Positions 45,811-50,274 of a stretch of 50,274 nucleotides of DNA are shown here, piece by piece (position 1 is the stretch's first letter; each line of letters starts with the position of its first letter). Origin of the DNA: Acetobacteraceae bacterium (lineage in GTDB: Bacteria; Pseudomonadota; Alphaproteobacteria; Acetobacterales; Acetobacteraceae); contig PLTJ01000009.1 in the NCBI GenBank assembly GCA_003164455.1, forward strand, positions 11,639 to 61,912. Reading direction: 5' to 3'. Below the pieces are notes generated by a model. The model searched no databases and had not been told where the DNA came from. It worked only from the letters and a program-made list of their open reading frames with translations. A program made the translations under genes and the position numbers.

Positions 45811-46252
45811 CAACGTCTCCTTTGCCGGCTGATTTTTTCAACTCGTACAACACGATCTCCAGCGGCTCCCCGCTCCACCGCCAGATGCGATACCCGCTAG
45901 GAGTCCCCGGAGTAATCGCCCAAGTGCAGTGATCCTGGGTCGAGCCGACGAGTCGTCCCGCCATAGTCAAAAGCGTGCATGCGATGCGAGCCAACCATCC
46001 CCACGGCTTGCCACCGTCCTTGCGGCACCATGCAGTACGTTGCGATACAGTTTCGTATGGCGCCCCCAGCAAAACGGTATTCAATGCCTCGTCGTCCAGG
46101 ATCAGCGCGTTGATGCCAAACCTTCGGTCGATCAGGGTTAGGAACGCCGCCGCGACGGTCCACGCCGCCAGAATCGGCACGATAATAACCCCGACTAGCA
46201 GAACGAATAGAGCAAGCACTACGTGGTCAAGAATGTTTTTCAACGCGGGCAT
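45803..46252 (-). CDS. Lysis-region membrane protein
   Basis: N-terminal transmembrane segment; DEALNTVLLGAPYETVSQR...C...DHC. Confidence 0.6.
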   Translation of the reverse strand: MPALKNILDHVVLALFVLLVGVIIVPILAAWTVAAAFLTLIDRRFGINALILDDEALNTVLLGAPYETVSQRTAWCRKDGGKPWGWLARIACTLLTMAGRLVGSTQDHCTWAITPGTPSGYRIWRWSGEPLEIVLYELKKSAGKGDVDA

Positions 46253-46256
46253 GCCC

Positions 46257-46541
46257 TTACCAGCGCCCAGCACGCAGCGTCCCCTCCACTGATGCCTCGC
46301 GATTTTCCAGAGTAGACAAATTTTGTGATTCTTCCGGCCGCCATCCGCATACTGCCGCTCCGTGCTTGTCATGCGCCAGCACCTGCCGTACCAAGCCGGG
46401 AGACATCGCCCCGATATCCGACGCCGCAGGTCGGATCGGTTCCCATCCGGCGCACGGGTCGGGACAGCTAGCGACTACGGCTGGCCCAGTTGAACAACTC
46501 GCGGCGATCGGCAGTATCGCTAGCAGCAGCCACCGCGTCAT
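46257..46541 (-). CDS. Rz1-like outer-membrane spanin lipoprotein
   Basis: MTRWLLLAILPIAASC lipobox; CAGWEPI...QVLAHD..G...CGW; overlaps Rz. Confidence 0.75.
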   Translation of the reverse strand: MTRWLLLAILPIAASCSTGPAVVASCPDPCAGWEPIRPAASDIGAMSPGLVRQVLAHDKHGAAVCGWRPEESQNLSTLENREASVEGTLRAGRW

Positions 46542-46686
46542 CGGTCTTCTCCCTATCCTCCAGAGCGACCACCGTCGCGGTGGTCTGCGCTTGCTTGTCC
46601 ACTGCGCTCTGTGCCGCGTCGCCGGCACGATACCCGGCGAGGTAGAGCAGGAACGCCTTGATTTTGGCCCAAAGCGTGAGCATCAA
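46468..46686 (-). CDS. Rz-like inner-membrane spanin
   Basis: N-terminal hydrophobic anchor and helical tail ending RRELFNW; overlapped by Rz1. Confidence 0.65.
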   Translation of the reverse strand: MMLTLWAKIKAFLLYLAGYRAGDAAQSAVDKQAQTTATVVALEDREKTDDAVAAASDTADRRELFNWASRSR

Positions 46687-47255
46687 TGCCCGGCCGGGAG
46701 GCCAACGGCGCGGAACATGGCGGCCTCGGACATCGGAGCCGTCGCGGGAGCCTTGACCGAGCTGACGGACGAGATCAGTGATTGCAGCAAATTGTATGCG
46801 GTAGCCACTGCGTTGATCACGGTGGCGACGGTGGATGCGTCAGCCGATGACAGCTTAGCTTCGATCGGTGCGACGCTCTCCTGCATATCGGTCAGGACCG
46901 TGCCGACATCGGCGAGCACGGAGTCGAATGCCGCCTTGGCGCCGGTGCCGTCGTAGGTGAAGGTCAGGCTGCCGCTGGTGGCTGTGTCGAGCGCCTTGAG
47001 CGTGCCAGCCAGCGCCGTGCTGGCGGCATTGATGATCACGATGGCGGGGGCGCCGATGACGGACGCGACCGCTGCGATGGACAGCATCGTCGCGACAGCG
47101 GAAATTCCGACCTGAGCGTAGGAGTCCACGGTCTTGGTGTTGATCGTGACGGTGGTCACGCCATTGGTCGTGGTGGTGGTGCATGCCGCGAGACCGGCGG
47201 CTGTCAGGATCGCGGCGGTAGAGATGCCCCCGAGGCCGCGGCGAGAGAGGTTCAT
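46683..47255 (-). CDS. Twin-arginine (Tat) lipoprotein in the lysis cassette
   Basis: MNLSRRGL...LAAC: a Tat motif followed by a lipobox. Confidence 0.7.
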   Translation of the reverse strand: MNLSRRGLGGISTAAILTAAGLAACTTTTTNGVTTVTINTKTVDSYAQVGISAVATMLSIAAVASVIGAPAIVIINAASTALAGTLKALDTATSGSLTFTYDGTGAKAAFDSVLADVGTVLTDMQESVAPIEAKLSSADASTVATVINAVATAYNLLQSLISSVSSVKAPATAPMSEAAMFRAVGLPAGH

Positions 47256-47674
47256 GAATTTTGTCCTTTGATGGTTTCAGCAATCTTCGTCTGGCCGACG
47301 ACGAGTTCAGTATGGTTTTCTGCCGACACTGCATCGACGTGAGTATCGCGGGCGACTTGAGTCGTCTGCGCAGTCTTGATAGCCTGAACGTCGTGCGCAA
47401 CGGCCGCAATGTCCGCCATGATGCTAGACGCAGCAGCCCAATTTTTTGTCGCCACGGCGGCAATCATGTCGCCGGCCAACTTGTTCATGTCGGCCTGGGT
47501 AGTCGGCGCCTCCGGCAGCACCATGGCGATGGCGCCGAAAACTGCCGCCGCAACCCCATGCGCCATTATAGCGTTGCCGTTCACCAGATAGGTGACAACG
47601 CCGGCGGCAGTGCCGACGAAAAGACTGATACCGATGATGGTAGAGGGCTGCTGCACCCACGTTTTGAAACTCAA
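47252..47674 (-). CDS. Putative holin (2 transmembrane segments)
   Basis: AGGAG RBS and TTG start; QPSTIIG...; two hydrophobic segments; directly after the endolysin. Confidence 0.6.
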   Translation of the reverse strand: MSFKTWVQQPSTIIGISLFVGTAAGVVTYLVNGNAIMAHGVAAAVFGAIAMVLPEAPTTQADMNKLAGDMIAAVATKNWAAASSIMADIAAVAHDVQAIKTAQTTQVARDTHVDAVSAENHTELVVGQTKIAETIKGQNS

Positions 47675-47691
47675 TGGATTCTCCTGTTGTT

Positions 47692-48279
47692 TCAAGTTTG
47701 AGACACGGCACCGATCGGAGCGATAGAAGCCGCTGCGGCCAATTTGATCGCCAGTGCTGTGCAGATGTTTAGGCGGGCAAGCCAACCATTGCCATCCTCC
47801 GGGAATTTCCGATCACTGCGGTAATCGGCTTCCATCTTGTTGCGAATCTTGATAATGGACTGCCCTGGGGTTCCAAATCCCCTGAGCGCCAGAAGTGTGA
47901 TCGGACCAATTTTCCCATCCACTCGGACGTCCAACATTCTCTGCAAGAGTATCGCGGCTGTCTCAGGACCGGCGTTGAGGGCGTGATCCGACAGCAGCAC
48001 GTCCACGCCTGCCGGAAGGCCATCTCCGTTCACCACATTCCAGTAGTTCTCGTGAGAAATCTCCTTGATTTCTGACAGCCGAAGAAGATCGCGCATGTCG
48101 TCGGCGGTTAGGGTCTGGTCGTGACGCCAATCGCGCCATTCAGACAACTCGATGCCACGCCACGTCGGATTTTCCCGCGAGGGATCGTCGGCATTGAAGC
48201 CCCCCTCCTTGCCTCCTGGTGAGGTTTCGCTGACGCCGAATGCAAATTCACACCATGGATCAAACGATGATGCCGCCAT
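47692..48279 (-). CDS. Endolysin, glycoside hydrolase family 108 with a peptidoglycan-binding domain
   Basis: EGGF..DDP...T.RGI; YW...D.LP.GVD...D.A.NAG; VDGKIGPITL; GWLARL. Confidence 0.9.
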   Translation of the reverse strand: MAASSFDPWCEFAFGVSETSPGGKEGGFNADDPSRENPTWRGIELSEWRDWRHDQTLTADDMRDLLRLSEIKEISHENYWNVVNGDGLPAGVDVLLSDHALNAGPETAAILLQRMLDVRVDGKIGPITLLALRGFGTPGQSIIKIRNKMEADYRSDRKFPEDGNGWLARLNICTALAIKLAAAASIAPIGAVSQT

Positions 48280-48280
48280 A

Positions 48281-48886
48281 TCACCCCTCCACCAGTTCTT
48301 CGGGCACGACGCCCGGTGTCATCGGAATAATTGGCAGGCGCCGACCTGCAAAGAACTTGCGTTCTTCCTCCATCCCGAACGAAATATCCCAACAAGATGC
48401 TCGCAACTGGATCATGCCGCATGCGCACTCCATCATCGGCGCGTCGGCGTTCAGCCAAATGGCGTGCGAATAGGGGTCGATGTGGCCGTGTTCGGCGATA
48501 GGATGACTGTGGGCGATCGGCGAATAGACCTTGACTCCGGCCACGAGAAGACGAGCGGCTTCCTGGCATGCCTGTTCGGCAGCGAGGATGCTGACGATCT
48601 CATCGAGGCTCGCGTCGTCAGTTTGTACATCTGGTGGCGTGTAGTCCCGCTGTGTGCCGTCTCGGGGCGCATCGGCCGCGCCCGTCAGCCCCCGCGCTTC
48701 GGCCGCCCGCCATCGCCGCAGCACTGCGTCGGGTTTCATCCCGAGTGCCGCCGCCGCCGCCCACACGGCTGATCTGTGGCCGGCGTGGACCCGTCCGCCC
48801 GGCGGCACGGCGCCCTGTGCCGCGGCATCCTGAACGGCTGCCACAGTGCGATGTAGTTCGGCGGCGGATAGGGGATGAGTTGCCAT
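48281..48886 (-). CDS. Chimeric ORF: HTH-like N-terminus fused to a DUF1937-like domain lacking its first strand
   Basis: VYSPIAHSHPIA...W...D..MM..C.......W..S.G...E; junction near 48580. Confidence 0.6.
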   Translation of the reverse strand: MATHPLSAAELHRTVAAVQDAAAQGAVPPGGRVHAGHRSAVWAAAAALGMKPDAVLRRWRAAEARGLTGAADAPRDGTQRDYTPPDVQTDDASLDEIVSILAAEQACQEAARLLVAGVKVYSPIAHSHPIAEHGHIDPYSHAIWLNADAPMMECACGMIQLRASCWDISFGMEEERKFFAGRRLPIIPMTPGVVPEELVEG

Positions 48887-48946
48887 CAGGGGGGGGGCCC
48901 AAACCGATCACGGAGACGCTGGCGGCCCTCCGTTCTGGTGTCTCGC

Positions 48947-49282
48947 TCACGGCCTGAGCACTCCCGCGTGGAAAAGAATCAGCGTCACCAGTCCCCCGAC
49001 CAGCGCAGGGACTACCCACGTCGCGAGTCGATTCGCGAACCCAAGCGCGCCCTGCCCACGCGCAAGTCGCATAGCAATATCAGTGGTTTGCGTCGCAAGT
49101 TCCTTGAACTTTTCGGAAACTCCCTCGAAACCCCGATCAAGTTTTGTCTCAATGGTATCTATTCTTCGACTTGTAGCATCTTCTCCGCGTTCTACTTGCT
49201 TTTCCAGAGCGACAAGCTGACCCTTGACGAACTCAAGACGTTCCCCAAGAGAAAGAGGCTGAGAATACTGGTCATCTGCCAT
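48947..49282 (-). CDS. Coiled-coil protein with a C-terminal transmembrane segment (holin/XhlA-like)
   Basis: Heptad N-terminus; WVVPALVGGLVTLILF. Confidence 0.6.
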   Translation of the reverse strand: MADDQYSQPLSLGERLEFVKGQLVALEKQVERGEDATSRRIDTIETKLDRGFEGVSEKFKELATQTTDIAMRLARGQGALGFANRLATWVVPALVGGLVTLILFHAGVLRP

Positions 49283-49316
49283 TGCGCATCCTTCCAACGG
49301 CGCCTTGCGCGTGGGC

Positions 49317-49730
49317 TCAGGTCGGCGGCACAGCCATGAGCGCGTTCACCTGGGCCTGGGTCATATATGACTTCGATACGCAATAGTTGAGCAGCGTCGC
49401 GAGGGCCGGTTGCGTCACATCGACTATGCCGCCGTTCGCCACCACACCGTTCATCCAAGCATTGTAGTTGTCTGCCAAGGTGGTATCGCTCACCATCTTG
49501 GACCACATGCCCAGGCGGATCGCCTGAGGTACCATAGCCATATACTGCGGCAGCGGCATCAACGGAGAAGGCGACGGGCTCGGCAAAACCCAGTCTGCTG
49601 GAGCCATACCAGAGAAGGCAGCATTTGCTTGAGCTTGACTGCACGGACCTATCGTAATTCCTCCGCGACCCCAAGAGCCGTCAGCGTTTTCGGTTACGGT
49701 CGCACCGAAGGCGTCGATGAATGTGGTCAT
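49317..49730 (-). CDS. Tail-fibre-associated protein (putative)
   Basis: AGGAG RBS; MTTFIDAFG...VDVTQP..L..L; follows the tail fibre. Confidence 0.55.
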   Translation of the reverse strand: MTTFIDAFGATVTENADGSWGRGGITIGPCSQAQANAAFSGMAPADWVLPSPSPSPLMPLPQYMAMVPQAIRLGMWSKMVSDTTLADNYNAWMNGVVANGGIVDVTQPALATLLNYCVSKSYMTQAQVNALMAVPPT

Positions 49731-49914
49731 TACAAGGCTCCTTGCGCAGTAGCGCCTATCCCACCCGTACCGCCAGTGACGCCAGATAGACCTGCGACGA
49801 TGTGCCGGAGGGGATGGCCGTGGCCGCGATGAACGGCGGGGGCATCGGCTGCGCCCACACCGGCCCTGCCAGCGGCAGAAGAAGCCCAAGAGTGGGGAGA
49901 AGAAGTCTGCGCAT
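49730..49914 (-). pseudogene. Deletion remnant: signal-peptide N-terminus joined out of frame to a Gly-rich C-terminus
   Basis: MRRLLLPTLGLLLPLAGPVWAQP... stops after 52 aa; another frame gives AGLSGVTGGTGGIGATAQGAL* coupled (TAATG) to the next gene. Confidence 0.5.
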
Positions 49915-49976
49915 TTTAACCTCTCAAAAGATGCAGACCACAGCCTGCTGTTGCTACCACGCCGTGGCGACGACGA

Positions 49977-50274
49977 TTAATACGTGCTCAGCGCCGCGCG
50001 CTTCCAGGTGTTGGCAGCCGTGCAGGCGTAGACGTAATTGGCGTCCACGCCGACCTGCCCGGCCGTGCAGGTCGCATTGTCAGCAGGAGTGCCTGGCGTG
50101 ACGCGCAGGGTATCGGCGGACACGCCTCCGGTCAGAGCCACGCCACCGCTGGTGAGATTGATGGCGCCAGTGCCCGCCGATATGGACATGGACGTGTTGA
50201 GTATCGCCGTCCCCGTCGCGGTCACATAGCCGGACCCGAACGTGACCGACGGCGCCGTCGTGTAGCCAGAGCCG
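49977..50274 (-). CDS. Tail fibre/structural protein C-terminus (partial, enters from the right edge)
   Basis: GSGYTTAPSVTF...TPA..ATCTAGQ...DANYVYACTAANTWKRAALSTY. Confidence 0.7.
   Translation of the reverse strand, partial: GSGYTTAPSVTFGSGYVTATGTAILNTSMSISAGTGAINLTSGGVALTGGVSADTLRVTPGTPADNATCTAGQVGVDANYVYACTAANTWKRAALSTY

Larger units (their letters stand above)
1..50274. mobile_element. Contractile-tailed (P2-like tail) bacteriophage/prophage genome, probably circularly permuted; alphaproteobacterial host
   Basis: Ordered terS-terL-portal-protease-capsid-tail module, lysis cassette and replication genes. gpD exits the left edge and a tail-fibre C-terminus enters at the right edge on the same strand. 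Confidence 0.95.

Noticed and set aside
1-50274. tRNA, rRNA, integrase, att sites or a transposase
   Set aside because: None recognised by eye. tRNAscan-SE and HMM searches would be needed to exclude them formally.

Overview
The window is a GC-rich, nearly complete and apparently circularly permuted genome of a contractile-tailed phage or prophage of an alphaproteobacterial host (GcrA homologue, DUF6362-like protein). All family calls come from recognising protein motifs by eye, not from database searches. Layout: (1) minus-strand late operon at 23019->1: terS, terL, four accessory genes, portal fusion, protease/scaffold, capsid, head-tail genes, and a P2-like tail whose gpD runs off the left edge; (2) leftward early/replication operon at 32156->23460: Cro, XRE regulator, SF2 helicase, VRR-NUC, AAA_25 helicase and an iteron/hairpin origin; (3) mirror-image divergent promoters with no cI between them; (4) rightward early operon at 32313->43050, including GcrA, MarR and RtcB; (5) a small autoregulated moron; (6) the lysis cassette and the end of a tail fibre entering from the right edge. 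No integrase, tRNA or CRISPR array was seen. The main finding is a family of transposase-less cassettes with IS1595/ISNwi-type ends that carry DNA-modification genes. One is intact at 32893-33570 (23-bp inverted repeats, 8-bp target duplication CAGAATAG) and carries a frameshifted mom-like gene. A second, decayed copy at 27863-28221 carries a DNA methyltransferase. Also notable are a portal fused to degenerate Acb1-like, pyrophosphatase-like and MuF domains, a phage protein resembling a plant domain, and at least six deletion scars.
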